Below are positions 36,201-49,198 of a stretch of DNA of 64,000 bases, piece by piece (within the stretch, counting starts at the first letter, position 1; the number at the start of each line of letters is the position of its first letter). The notes beneath the pieces are model-generated. The model made no database searches. It was not told where the DNA came from and saw nothing but the letters and a program-made list of their open reading frames with translations. The position numbers were made by a program, and so were the translations under genes. Location: NCBI GenBank assembly GCA_009602735.1, contig WELA01002336.1:125853-189852 (forward strand), read 5' to 3'. The stretch is from Mesotaenium endlicherianum. Lineage: Eukaryota.

Positions 36201-39200
36201 GAGGTATGGAATGGCCGCGGCGGCGGCGATGTGGGAGTCGTGACTGTGGCCGTTGTGATGGTGGTGCACGCGGCTATGGCCATGGCTATGTCCGATGTCA
36301 AGGTGGTGCACATGGCTATGGCCGTGGCTGTGATCGTCGCCGTGGCTGTGGTCGTTGCCGTGGCTGTGGGCGTCGTTCAGGCTATGGTTGCCGAGGCTAA
36401 GGCCATGGCCGCCATTGCTAAGGCCATGGTGGCCGCCGCCGCCGCTGACGCTGTCAAGGCTGGTGGGGCTGCTGGCGTACTCCCGGATCTCGGGGTCGCT
36501 GAAGGCGCGCGGAGCCACCTGGGCGTCCCGCCGGCGGCTCTGGTGCCCGCTCGAGGGCGCGCTCTGTATAAAGAGGGAGCTGGCCTCCGTGAGAGGCCTG
36601 CTGTCGCGCGCAAAGTCGGAGAGGCTGCTTGCGGCGTCGCCCTGGAAGGACCCCCCGCCGTCGCTCCTGGCCTCCTCGTCCTCCTCCTCACCGCCAGCAG
36701 CTCCGTGCTCCGCCTCCTCCTCGCCGGCCTCCCGCAGCTCTGCCAGCTGGTGACTCGCGCCCCACGCCAGCGGAGCTGAGCCGTCGCAGGGAACGCTCGT
36801 GGCCCCCCCGCCACTCCTGCCTGAGTGCTGCTGCTGCTGTTGCTGCTGGTGGTGGTGGTGGTGGTGACCATGGTTCTGATTGTGGTGCTGGCCGTGCTGC
36901 CTCCTGTCATTGCTGTCACCCCCGCCACCACCGCCGCCGCTGCTGCTACTTCTGCCGCTGCCGTGCTGGACATCTTGTGCGCCCAGGGGGGCAGAGGGAG
37001 AGGCAAAGGCTGCCGCGAAGGGGGAGGAGGCTGCCACGGCAGCAGCAGCTGCAGCTGGGCTGAGAGAGCCGCCTCGGGACAGACCATGCATCGAGTGCGA
37101 GTGCGAGCGCAAGCGCGAGTGCAAGTGCTTCTGGCCCCCTCCTGAGGAGTAGTAATAGCTGTCGTGCCCGTCCACGTCGAGGTAGCCCTTGTGGGCGCGC
37201 CAGAGGCGCGGGAGCTGGTCCTTGTCGAAGTCAAGGTCGCCCTCGGGGACCTCGATGCCCTCGGCCACATCAACCCAGTATTCAGGCAGGCTGACGTGGT
37301 CGGGCAGGCAGAAGCCGAGGTCGTGCAGGTAGGGCGCCACTCCGTCTAGTGCGCCCATGTACGCCACCTGGCCGCGCTTGGTGAGCAGCAGGACGTCGTC
37401 GAACATGCGGAAGACGGACGCGCTGCGCACGCACACGCACATACGCACACGTGCACGCGCACACGCCCATGCTCAGGCTCAAGCTCATGCTTGCACGCAG
37501 GCAGGCACACACGCACGCTCGCTCAGGCACGCACATAGGTGCGCGTACCAAGATTAGCGAGAGACAGAGCGAGCCAGCAGACATGTATGAGCAGCAGCAG
37601 CAGCAAGCAAAGCATGAACTCTGATATCCCTTTGTCCACCGCTTAGACCGGCGCCCCTCATACTACTGCCGCCGGCGCGGCCCCTCTGCCCATCTTCTGC
37701 GCAGAGAGAGAGGGAGTGAGAGCTCAGCCCAGCGTGGAGGGAGATGCAGCAACGCAGCAGCAGGCCCGGAGTTCGTGAATGAGAAGTGGCCGCCCCACAG
37801 CACCAGGGTTTACAACGCACTGCATGGGCTGGAAAAAGACAGAGTAAGAGAGCGCTAGAACTGAGGCTCACATTCAGAGTGGAGTGAAGCTGGCCTTCAG
37901 ATCCAGTACGAGCTGCCTCCTTGGACTCTCAACCCTCCACACTTTACAGCCCTCCCAGAGCTGCAAGCCCCAAGACGCCCGGGAGGGGAGGGGAGGGCGG
38001 GGCAGGAGATAGGGATGGGGATGGGGATGGGGAAGAGGATGAGGAAAGGAAGGGGGAAAGGAAGGGGAAGGGGGAGGGGGGGACGGAGGGGGAGAGAGGG
38101 GAAGTGCGGGAACCTGGGCTGCTGCATGGCGACGACGACGGTGACGCCGCGTGAGGCCTCGCGCAGCAGCGCCTGCGTGAGCAGGCGCGCGGTGGCGGAG
38201 TCCAGACTCGCCGTGGGCTCGTCCAGCACCAGCAGCGAGGGCTCCGCCACCATCTCGATGGCCATGCTGAGCTGTGTGCGCTGCGACTCCAGGATGCCGG
38301 CGGAGCCGGAAGCGGATCCGGAGACGGGGCCGGGGGCGGGGCCAACGAGGGAGCCACGGATGGGCTCGAGGCCGAGGGCCATGATGGTGCGCTCCAGGAC
38401 CAGCACCTTCTCGCGCTTGGGCATCTCCTGCGGCAGCCTGCAAGGGGGGGGAGAGACAGGCGGTTGGTTGGTGGGCCCATGCGGGGATGGTTGGCCAGAG
38501 AGGCGGTCTAGAGGCAGAAGCGGAGGCAGAAGCAGAGACGAAGGCCGCGGGGGTGTGAGGGCGAACCTGCCGAGGGAAAAAGTTTTGAGGGCTCTTGAGG
38601 GTGCGTTGCAAAATGGGATCGAAGCTCGCGCTTGTGTATGTGTGCGTGTGTCTGTGTGTGTGTTGGTGTTATGTGTGCGTGTGTGCGCGCGCGTGTGTGC
38701 GTGTGTGCATGCGTGTGTGCGCACGCACGCGCGCGTGCAAGAGAGAACACATCAGAAAAGAGGCAGGAAGAGGGAGATAATTTAGTTTTTTCCTCGAGGG
38801 GAGACCCCAGCTAGGGCTCCCAATCACATCCTTGCTGAGATTTCGCAACGGGGAAACATGATGTGCATCTATGACAGGCTATATGCACTTCATGGAGTTG
38901 TTTGAGTTGGGCACTTCCGGACCCGACAAGGCTTCATCGTGCGTACGTTTGTCTTTGACAAGGCAGGGCAGGGCAGGGCAGGGAGGAGAGGCAGGGAGGG
39001 GCAGGGTGGGGCAGGGAGGAGAGGCAGGGAGGGGCAGGGCGAGGTAGGGCAGGGAAGGGAGGAGAGAGAGGGAGGGGCAGCGCGTGGTGGTACCTGCAGC
39101 TGGAGCTGAACCAGAGGTGCTCCTCCACCGTGAGGCAGGCGTGCAGCGCGGGGTCCTTGGGCACGTAGCCCACAATGCGCTGGTACGACTCCATGCACCC

Positions 39201-42200
39201 CTGCCGCCCGTTGATGTACAGCTGCCCCGTGGCCTGGCAGTGCGTCTCCCTGCCTGCCAGGTCAGCCAGCCGACCACGAAAAGCACAAACGTCAGCCGCA
39301 CATACGTGTGTACGCGCTTCAGTGAGACGGGTGCAGGACAGGGGCGTCTGAGGGTGCAGGCTGAGGGCTCCCCACAGAGGAGGATGCTGGATGGCAGCAG
39401 AGGCGCTGCAGTGTACTCGCACACCCAGGTGGCGCAGCAGCAGCAGCAGCAGTACAGCAGCACCCGCCGGCTGATAGGGCCGCTTTGCTTCTTGTGAGGC
39501 TATGGGCTGGCCGGTGGCAGCTGGGCCACAACGGCCGACAGCATGCAGGCACAGAGCGTTGCCGGTACTACCTCGCAACAAGCATGCGCATGCACCCAAT
39601 GCGCTTGAGCCCGAGGAGCTCAGGCTCAGCGCCCTTGCCCCGCTTGAAAGGTGCAGACACGCAGTAATTATGGCCTCCTGGAAGGGCAAGCAAGCAGGAC
39701 TATCACCGCAAAGCGAGACTGCTCTCTCGTGAAGCAGCACAGAGAAGTCGGCTACGAGCAGAGGAGGTTCTAGCAGGACACATGTCACCATAGGCACAAG
39801 AGAGCCACAGCTACAACCACAAGACACAAGGACGCGACGCCCGCGCATGGCTGTGAGGCAGCCTGAGACGAAGGCAGGGAGGCCGTGAGGGAACTACCTG
39901 CGAGAGCGTGGAGCAGCGTGGTCTTGCCGGCGCGGGGGGGGCCCAGGACGGCCACAAGGCGGCCGGGCAGGAAGATGCCCGTGACATTGGACAGCACCTC
40001 GCGCTTGCTCTCCGGCTGCTGCTTGCAGCACGTGAGCGTGAAGTTTACGAGCTCCAGCTCCAGGGTGTGCCTTTTGCGGCCCTGGTGGACTCAGCAACAG
40101 CAGCAGCAGCAGCAGGTAACAGCGTTAGGAACAGCAGCTGTGGCCAGAACAGTGATAGAAAGCAGCAGCAGGGGGGCAGCGGGAAGTACGCAAGAGGCAG
40201 CAGCAGGAGCAGACAGAGATGGCGGCAGGAGAGGCTTCCAAGAGCTTGACTTACACAACAACCGACTTCAACATGTAGGGTGCGGGAGCTCTGTTGCCAG
40301 AAGCTGCAGGCCCGTGTGTGAAATTGTGCAGGGGACCACAGGAGGACCCATTGAACCAACCAGCAGGAAGGAGGCGACACCAGTAGAAATTGTAGAAGCT
40401 GCATGACCTGGTACTCTAGCACTAATGCAGCTCCGACGCAGACAGGGACATGCACACATACGTGCGTGCGCGTGCGTCTGCAGGACAGCAGCAGGTATAG
40501 GCCACAGGCGGCGGGCGGCAGGAGGTAGGCGGCAGGCGGCGGGCGGGCAGGCGGGCGTACCTGCACCATGCAGCTGATGCCGCAGTTGACGGCCTCGGCG
40601 AAGAGCTCCTCGATGGACCCCGGCTGCACCTTCACCTTGGCGCGCTGCCGCTCCGTCTCCAGCTTCGCGTACGCGTACTTCAGGATCTGGCTCCTCGTCT
40701 CCTCATCCGGGACAACGGGCATGGCTGCTGCCGCCGCCAATGTCTGCTGCTCGCCAGGTGGCAGCCCCGCAGCAGCTGCTGCAGCGGCGGCGCCGACCGC
40801 CGACGCAGAGGAGGATGCAGACTCCGCCTGGGAGCGCATGATGAGCACGAGCTCCTCCCGCGCGGGCAGGGAGGACCGCGAGTTGAGCCGGATGTTGAGC
40901 GCTTGCTCAAGGCCCGCCAGCAGGAGGGTCTCGCGCTGGGAGCCCAAGGACTTGCTCTCGCTGCCGCTCTGGCTCCCGCTCAGGGCGGGGTTGTTGCCAG
41001 CTGGCGGCGGCGTGACGGCGACGGGGCTGGCGGGGGCACCGCCTCTGGAGCCCTCGGGATCACTCTCGAGACGCTGCATGCGCGAGAGAATTGAGCGTGA
41101 AGAAGGTGGGGAGGCAGGGGGGTGAGCTGCCTCACCCGAGCACGCGTGTTCCAGTGGGCAGGTAGTCGACAGACAAAACAAGAAAGGATGAGAGCAGATG
41201 GTGCCGTCATGATGGAAACTTTTCTCACGCTTATCATACTCGTGATCAGAGTCATGGAAGTTACAGGCCCAGCATTTCTCAATGAAGGATGGTTTTCAGT
41301 TTGGCGTGGAGGCATGCCATAGGAGGAGGAGCACGGGGAGGAGGATTGGAAGGAGGAGGAGGTGAGGGAGGAGGAGGAGGAGGAAGCTTGCTATGATCGT
41401 ATGGGCAACACCTCCAGCTACACCCAGGCCTCAATCCCCAAGCAGAAACTTCGATTTACTTTCTTTTGAAATCCTCCTAGAGGCGACATAGACAACCATG
41501 TGTATGTGGACATCCACTGTCACATGCACAGGCACACAGAAATATGAGCATGCTCTTGTGTACATGCACATGCACAGTACAGGCATCGCTGCACCGCACA
41601 GGCACAGGCACACGCACACGCGTGCGCATGCGCGCATAAACGAGCATATGCTTGTGCGAATGCACAGGCACATGCACAGGCACAGCACAGGTGCACACTT
41701 GTGGACAGAGCACCAACGCAGGCATTCATGCACACACGCTCGCACACACGCACGCACACACACACGTGCACACGCACCTGGAAGTCGTCGTGCTTGGCGA
41801 TAAGGCTGGCCGGGTGCTGCAGGGAGCGGCCGAGCTGCTTGGAGATGGAGCTCATGCGGCGGAGAGCGCTCTTCTTTGCGCGCCGAAGGAGCTCCACCGC
41901 CGACGTCTGCTCGCGCGCCTGCTGCGCCGCCCGCTCTCGCGCGCGCTCCTTGTTGCGCTCGTGCGCGCGCATCGCGCACGACGAGAACTTGTACGCCAGC
42001 ACCAGCACCACGCACAGGAACACCTGCCATAGATTTTATCATGAAGACACGCGTGAGGGGGGCAACCAATTGGCGAGGGAGGGGGAGGGGGAAAGGGAGG
42101 GGGAAAGGGAGGTGGAGGGGGTGAAAAGAAGGAGGGGGGAGAGGGTGGGGGCTAATTTCATATCATGGACGAGTGAGGAGGCAAGGCAGGAACGAGGGGG

Positions 42201-43437
42201 GCAGAGTGGGGCCACAAGGGTAAGCAAGGGAAGGCAGTTTGTCTGGGCACCAATGATAGTGGAGAGGCTAATCAGCTCAAGTCATTGATAGGTTGCAGAT
42301 ATATGGGGAAAGGTAGTCTATAGATATAGCAAAAACTCCATCAGTCCAAATCAACAGAGTGGGCCTGGGGAAAGGGGGGGGGGAGGGGAGGCAGGCCGCG
42401 GCAGCAATCACTTTCTCAATTCGTCCAATCAATCTTCGTGAGGCGCCAAAGGGGTGGGCGCAGGAGGCATTATTCAGTAAGTGCAGGCCCTCTGACTGGG
42501 GGAGCAGGCTCGCACTCTCCCCAGTACTGTAAGTCATCTGGGCCTCCCCTTATGCCTGTCTTTGATTCTGAGCCCTCAATCCGCGCTTCCGAGCGCATGG
42601 GTTGCTGACGAGCTACAGCAGAGACGACGCTCGGGCGTCTTGGCCCTTGGTGAACAGGATATAAGGAGCAGGGGGGCAGGGAGAAGGGGCAGGGCCGCAT
42701 GCGGCTGGGGCCCGCCCGAAAAGCAAAGGTACTTCCTCTCAAGCCCGGGAAAGGAGAGTGCACATGCTGTCACTGTTGAGGAAGCGTGAGGAAGCACTCG
42801 CATGTGCTGCTGCAATGGATACCGACACCAACAGGCGGTACTTAGGCTCCGGAGCTTCAAGACATACTTACACCACGCAGGGATCTTCGGATGTTTGCCT
42901 ACAAGCCCCTGTGAGCCTGTGCCTGTCAGAGTTGAACATGGAAACGCGCTGCAGAATGGAGTTAATAGAGTCTGGTTGGCCGCGTCTGCTGGGGGCTTGC
43001 CTGACGAGCCCGGGACGGATTGACCGGTCTGGTCCGCCAATCTCCCGAAGGTGTGACTGATCTCTCGTGCCCCAGGCGGGCTCGCCCGGACCGGGTGCGA
43101 GGGAGCTCGTGTTGCACACAAGTAAGAGAGCGCGGCATCAAAGTTGNGAGTTGGAGCTGCACGAGGTGAAGATGGAGCACGCTGCAGCCACACGTGGTGC
43201 CCAGCAGGCCTCCGGTGAGGGGGAGCTCAAAGGCAGGACGTGGGGAGTGCCAGCTACCTCAATCACAAGGTGCATGCATGCTCATGCGTCTGCATGCCCT
43301 CTGGGCAGGAATAGTGCAGATGCTGGTTATGAGTACAAGCAAGCTTGTAAGGTGAGCGCTCCCTTCCCCTTGTTCTTACAGTCTCCCACCCTCTTCCTCC
43401 CTCTCTCCCCCTGAGAGATGGAGGGGGGGATGGGAGG

Positions 43438-43489
<52 letters not shown>

Positions 43490-46400
43490 CAAAGCCTAGG
43501 AGTACAGGCACAGGCAACATCTCCAGCAGAAACCAGAGACGGCGGGCGGGCTTCACACGAGCCGATATACGCACCTCTTTGCGCAAAGCTCCCCTTCTGA
43601 CAGAAGTGCCTGCAAGGAGGGAGAGGTGTCGCATCCCACAGTTAGAGCTTCAGCAGCCATGGTACTACAGGTGGTGGTGGACGAGTGAGCATCTCCAAGT
43701 CTTCTCTCACCCAGAGACTGTACTTTCAAAGTGGACCTTACATGTGAAAGCAATCGGCTGGGAGAGAGCCGAGACTTGCCCACTGATGCGGGGGTGTTGA
43801 CATAACTATCTGATATGCATGCAGAGACATGCACGTACAACGCATGCACCCACGCACGCACGCACGCATGCTGGATGCCGCGGGAAAAAAAGAGGAGCAA
43901 GTCGAGGGGCGGCGGCTCGCACGCACTAGCGAGGAAGGCGAGCAAGCTATGCGCTCATGGGGGGGGCAGCTGACTAGCAGAGGGGCGGCGGCGCTGGCTC
44001 ACCTGGAGGTGCAGGCCAGCTTCTGGGTGGAGGAGGGGCAGAAGGAGCCTTGCTCGCAGAAGATGCTGTCGCGGGAGCTCGCCAGCCCCCACAGGTCGGC
44101 CCCTCCACACCCCAGCTTGCTGGCGCCTCTGCTGGGCGTGTACCCATACCTGCCCCCCCTCGCCCGCACCTCACCCAGTCAGTACATGAAGTAGCCCCGC
44201 AAGCCAGGGAATGGAGGGAGGGAGGGACGGTGGGGGGGAAGATGGGGGGGAGGGATGGGAGGGAGGATGAGAGGGAGGGAGAGAGGGTAGCGAGAGTGGG
44301 AGGCAGGCAGGCAAGGAAGGCAGACAAGCAGAAGAGGACGGGATGGCGGGCAGACAGGCAGACAGGCAGACAGGCAGACAGGCAGGTAGCAAAGCAGGAA
44401 AAAGATACGAGCCGGCAGGCAGGCGGGCAGGCACTCTGCTTGTAAGGCAGGCGGCTCAACAGTCTGCCAGTGACTTGGGTCGTTTACAGGTCGGTCGACC
44501 CAGGTTTCACTTAGGAAGGTCACTATCAGTTTGCTTCAACTGTCAGTCAGTCCAGTCAAGCAGACAGGCAGGGACGCCAACGAGCAGGAGCAGAATGGCT
44601 GATGGGCATGACCAAGGTTACTCTTGGTCAAGATGGAGTGCCGGCTAAAGAAGGAGGCCAAGCACGCAGAAAGCACACTCTTCTACAATGGCTCAAGACT
44701 AAGGGCAGGTGTTTTTGCACTGAAAGCAGCGGGGTGTGGGCATCGGTTGACATCCTCTACAAAAGGCCAGGACCCGCAAGGCTCACGGTCCCTCGTTGTA
44801 CCCGGATGCACGCCCCGCACATCTCAAGACGTGCTTGGTGGGATGAGGGACGGTTTGAGGTGATAAGAATTGGACGCGAGAGCGCCGCCCGTGCGAGCTT
44901 CATCGAAAGGAAGAGGCCCAGATGGCGGCCTCCTGTCATGCGCTCTCAACTCTTTGTCAGACGCTAAGAAGAAAGAGGAAAAGAAGAGGAGGGGAGGAGA
45001 GAAGGAATATACGAGAATGAGGAAGAGGAGGAGGAGGAGGAGGAGGAGGAAGCTTACTGTCCGCAAGTACCGTTCTGCAGGGCCACAGGCGATGGGCAGT
45101 ACGCGCCAGGGGGGCAGGCTGCAGGCACACAGACGAACACATGCCATACACACACACCCACACACATGCAGGCAGACACGCCGCAAGGTCTCAGAGAGCT
45201 GACCAAGGACAAATAATAAAGGACAAAGGAGAAAACTTGCTTTCCCTGCCCCTCCCTTTCACCCAGGCTATCCAGGCTGAGGGCTGTTCGAGCCCCATGC
45301 GTGCCAGGTGGCGAATAGACAAGCCCCACTGTCACTGTTCTTCAGTCCAGGGCCCTGATACGTGCTTAGTGGTGGACCCACAAGCTGCTACTGGGCTCCA
45401 CCCCAGGCGGCATCCAGTGGCTTGATGTTGAAGAAGTGGGGCCGAGTGAAAGAGGTGTTTAGATCTGGGTGGTAAGATCTGGGTGTACAAGCAGGCAGGT
45501 GCGCAAGCAGGCAGGTGGGCATTGCAGCCTGCAGCGCCTTGGTACACGCACGCCCCTCCAACACAAGAAGCGTCAGCCAGTGCCAGCCACGAGGGGCAGG
45601 CAAATGAAGGGTGAGCAGGCCTGCTCCTGTGCAGAGAAGCCAGCAGGTGTGGGATAACCGCGTGCTGGTCGTGTGTTGCAACGCAGACCGACAGATTCCC
45701 ATGCTTGCCTGCACATGTGCTCGCAGGCGCACAAGAGCGCGTGCTTGCAAGAAAGAGGCGCAGGCGGGGGGGGAGAGGCGGAAGCACACAGGGAGCCCAG
45801 GCGGGCCGCACACCGGAGACGGCCCGGTAGACTTGAGGGAGGGGACTGAGTAGAGCAGCCAGGCGACAAGCGTCCGCATGTTTTCCCAACGACAAAATGC
45901 TGCTCCTCTTGGGCCAGGCAGGACCAGGCCTGGGCCAGGCTGAGCGTCACAGCACAGTCCAATCAAGCTGCTGCATGTCGTGTGTTCATGTACGTGTCTA
46001 TGTACAGTGCGCATGCGTTTGTACATGTGTGCACAAGTGTATGCGTAATTGTACACACGCATGTAACACAAGGTGCTTACGTAGGCGTGCATGTGTGTGC
46101 ACTCATGTTCATGTACATGCACACACAACCGCAATGCATATCCACGCCCATGGGGTCAGGGAGAAAGCGCTCACGGATCATGCATGCCAACCCCAGGGGG
46201 CAGAAGAAGCCGGGGCAGCAGGGGGCCGCGGCAGCCCTCCTTTGCGGAGCCTGCGGGCTGCTGGTGCCGTTTACGGCCGCACTCGGATCCGAATCTGCAT
46301 CTGTATGTGCATCAGCCTCCGCAACTACGTGGCTGGCAAAGCCGGGCTCGCAGCCGTCCAGCCAAAGAGAAGAGTTGCAGTTGCGGTTGTCCTGCACCAC

Positions 46401-49198
46401 TGCCCCGCCGCCCTGCCACACAGACAGGAGGTAGAGCCGCAGCTCCTGCGGCCGGCAGAGCCTGCCCGACAGCTGGCCTGCTCACACACCGGCACTCAAG
46501 CGAGCACGCACGCATGCACCCAAGCGTGCAGAAAGGAGGGAAGCAGATCGAAGCGAGGCGAGGTCATGAGCCAGGAGTAGGGAAGCAACTTGTGCTTGTC
46601 CTCGTGCTCATGCTTGTGCCCATGTGCTTGTGCAAGCGCAAGGGGACGTGCTAGCACAAAGCACACCATAAAGTGTGCTTGTGCAAGTGCAATGCATGTG
46701 CTGACTTTCAAAGCACACCAGAAAGGGAAAAGCCTTGCTTGGCCCCCCCCTTCCCCATTTGTGCCCCCCACCCACCCNNNNNNNNNNNNNNNNNNNNNNN
46801 NNNNNNNNNNNNNNNNNNNNNNNNNNNNNNNNNNNNNNNNNNNNNNNNNNNNNNNNNNNNNNNNNNNNNNNNNNNNNNNNNNNNNNNNNNNNNNNNNNNN
46901 NNNNNNNNNNNNNNNNNNNNNNNNNNNNNNNNNNNNNNNNNNNNNNNNNNNNNNNNNNNNNNNNNNNNNNNNNNNNNNNNNNNNNNNNNNNNNNNNNNNN
47001 NNNNNNNNNNNNNNNNNNNNNNNNNNNNNNNNNNNNNNNNNNNNNNNNNNNNNNNNNNNNNNNNNNNNNNNNNNNNNNNNNNNNNNNNNNNNNNNNNNNN
47101 NNNNNNNNNNNNNNNNNNNNNNNNNNNNNNNNNNNNNNNNNNNNNNNNNNNNNNNNNNNNNNNNNNNNNNNNNNNNNNNNNNNNNNNNNNNNNNNNNNNN
47201 NNNNNNNNNNNNNNNNNNNNNNNNNNNNNNNNNNNNNNNNNNNNNNNNNNNNNNNNNNNNNNNNNNNNNNNNNNNNNNNNNNNNNNNNNNNNNNNNNNNN
47301 NNNNNNNNNNNNNNNNNNNNNNNNNNNNNNNNNNNNNNNNNNNNNNNNNNNNNNNNNNNNNNNNNNNNNNNNNNNNNNNNNNNNNNNNNNNNNNNNNNNN
47401 NNNNNNNNNNNNNNNNNNNNNNNNNNNNNNNNNNNNNNNNNNNNNNNNNNNNNNNNNNNNNNNNNNNNNNNNNNNNNNNNNNNNNNNNNNNNNNNNNNNN
47501 NNNNNNNNNNNNNNNNNNNNNNNNNNNNNNNNNNNNNNNNNNNNNNNNNNNNNNNNNNNNNNNNNNNNNNNNNNNNNNNNNNNNNNNNNNNNNNNNNNNN
47601 NNNNNNNNNNNNNNNNNNNNNNNNNNNNNNNNNNNNNNNNNNNNNACCCCCCCCCTTCCCCCTCCTTGAAGCTGAAAACCACATGCTACACATTTGAAGA
47701 AGGTCCAGCGGGCAAACTCTTAGACACTCAAGCCCTATGTGGCTCAGACAACTAAAGACAGAGCAAGCAGGCATGGGGGGGGCATCATCCTGCAGATTGC
47801 TTCTAAGATAGTCGCTCAAAACCAGAGAGTTTGAACCAATGGGCTCGAGCAATACTGAAAGAACAAGCACGCTGCATAAGCGAGTAGAAGGCTGATCAGA
47901 AAGCTCTAGGGCCGAGTGCGCACCTCCGTTGCCACATTGGCTGGAAGCGTTGCCACTTGTGTGGAAGGAGGAGGTGTCCAGGCCTTCTCTCTCCCTGCAC
48001 AACACAGGGGAAGAAGAGCAGGGGAGATGGGGGGGGAGGGGAAGAGGAACAGTAAGGTCAGATCAGTCTTCTGATAAGAAGCATTGAGCATCACAGGGAA
48101 TTAGGTAGCTGAAGGAAGGGAAGCCCGAAGTTGGAAAGGCTGAAGGCCCAGAAGAAATGAGAATCGGTAAGGAAGAAGCGATTGGCACTCTCTTGTTGCG
48201 TCCAAAAGAATGTGTTGTATTCGGCACTTCCACCAGCAGCAGCAGCACGGAATACGAGAAGAACGCAGATGTTTCCCCTCCTGAGTTAGCCAGACGCGTT
48301 CCTGCATGTGGACCCAAAGTGCAGAAGCTAGATGCAGAGAAGCTCGGGCCTGATAGAGTTGGCCAGACAGTCCCTCACCCCATCGGAACTCTGATCCTGC
48401 TTCCGGTGGACTAAGCTGTGACATGCAACCAGCAGGAAAGCCTGCGTGCCTGGGTCACTGCAGCCTGCGTGAGGCAGACGAGATCAATGCTCACATTGAG
48501 CCAAGACCTAGCACCCTGAGTTCCTTGCTGCCCTGCCTGATCAAATTGCTCCTTCTGTTGAGTAAAATCACGTGTTTTGCTTGTGGGTATACTCGGGGTA
48601 TGCATGCTTGAAGCGAGGCAGGTTGTACACAATCAAAGTGGAGATAAGCATCAGGTATATCACGAAACTAGAATGGTATGCATCATGCACATGAGCTTCT
48701 GAAACCTTACAGTGCCAGATGTGTGATGTACATAGCCAGATGGCAGAAGTAAGTGCAAGAAGCCTTCCTATGAATCCAAAAAGGGCTTTTTCAAACGCAA
48801 ATATGGCCAACTGGCTACAATACAGTTACAATGAACCACTAGAATGAAGCACGGCGTTACTAGACGTAGTATACCGCTCATAAGATGTGGCCAAGGATAA
48901 GGTAAGGTAGTCAATCAGAAGCCAAGGGAAGGTTGCATGAGGCTCATTAACATTCTTACTCAGTAGTTGTACAGTATCGATACTCTGTCGTCAAAATATA
49001 GCCATAAGCTCTCGACAGGGAGTCCAGTTGCTGTTGTATGTGACGAGCGAGTAGGTTTCTGCCATCACCTCGCCATCTAAGAACGCGGCTCTTATCTGAC
49101 GATCCTGATACGCTCGGAAGTAGGAAAATGAGGATGATGACGACGACATGTTTGGAGCATAGCAGCCATGGCCCAACTAATCTAGTTGGACTAACCAT
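32245..49198 (-). CDS. ABC transporter G family half transporter, ABCG24/ABCG28/WBC30 type (Cys-rich extracellular N-terminus)
   Basis: Exons include 48960-49198 (hydrophobic N-terminus), 46175-46477 (RLC...NRNCN...GCEPG...CCPGFFCPLGLACMIP), 45058-45118 (CPPGAYCP), 44003-44149 (CGGADLW...FC), 43575-43609, 41778-42023 (TM plus charged helix), an exon ending 40561 (YAYAKLE), an exon ending 39898 (Walker A GPPRAGKT), 39094-39249, 38114-38437 (Walker B LLVLDEPT), 35773-37422 (FRMFDDVLLL), TMD exons 32769-35172 and 32245-32410 (YVGVWLPTRC). At least one exon is probably lost in the 46778-47645 gap. Confidence 0.9.
43440..43485. repeat. (GA)n microsatellite in an ABCG intron
   Basis: Perfect AG run. 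Confidence 0.95.

Noticed and set aside
42990..43060. CTGACGA hammerhead-like core (also at about 6192 and 42605)
   Set aside because: No stem II followed by GAAA.
46590..48005. Long ORFs spanning N runs (also 13627-15069 and 18896-19757)
   Set aside because: Open only because the gaps contain no stop codons.
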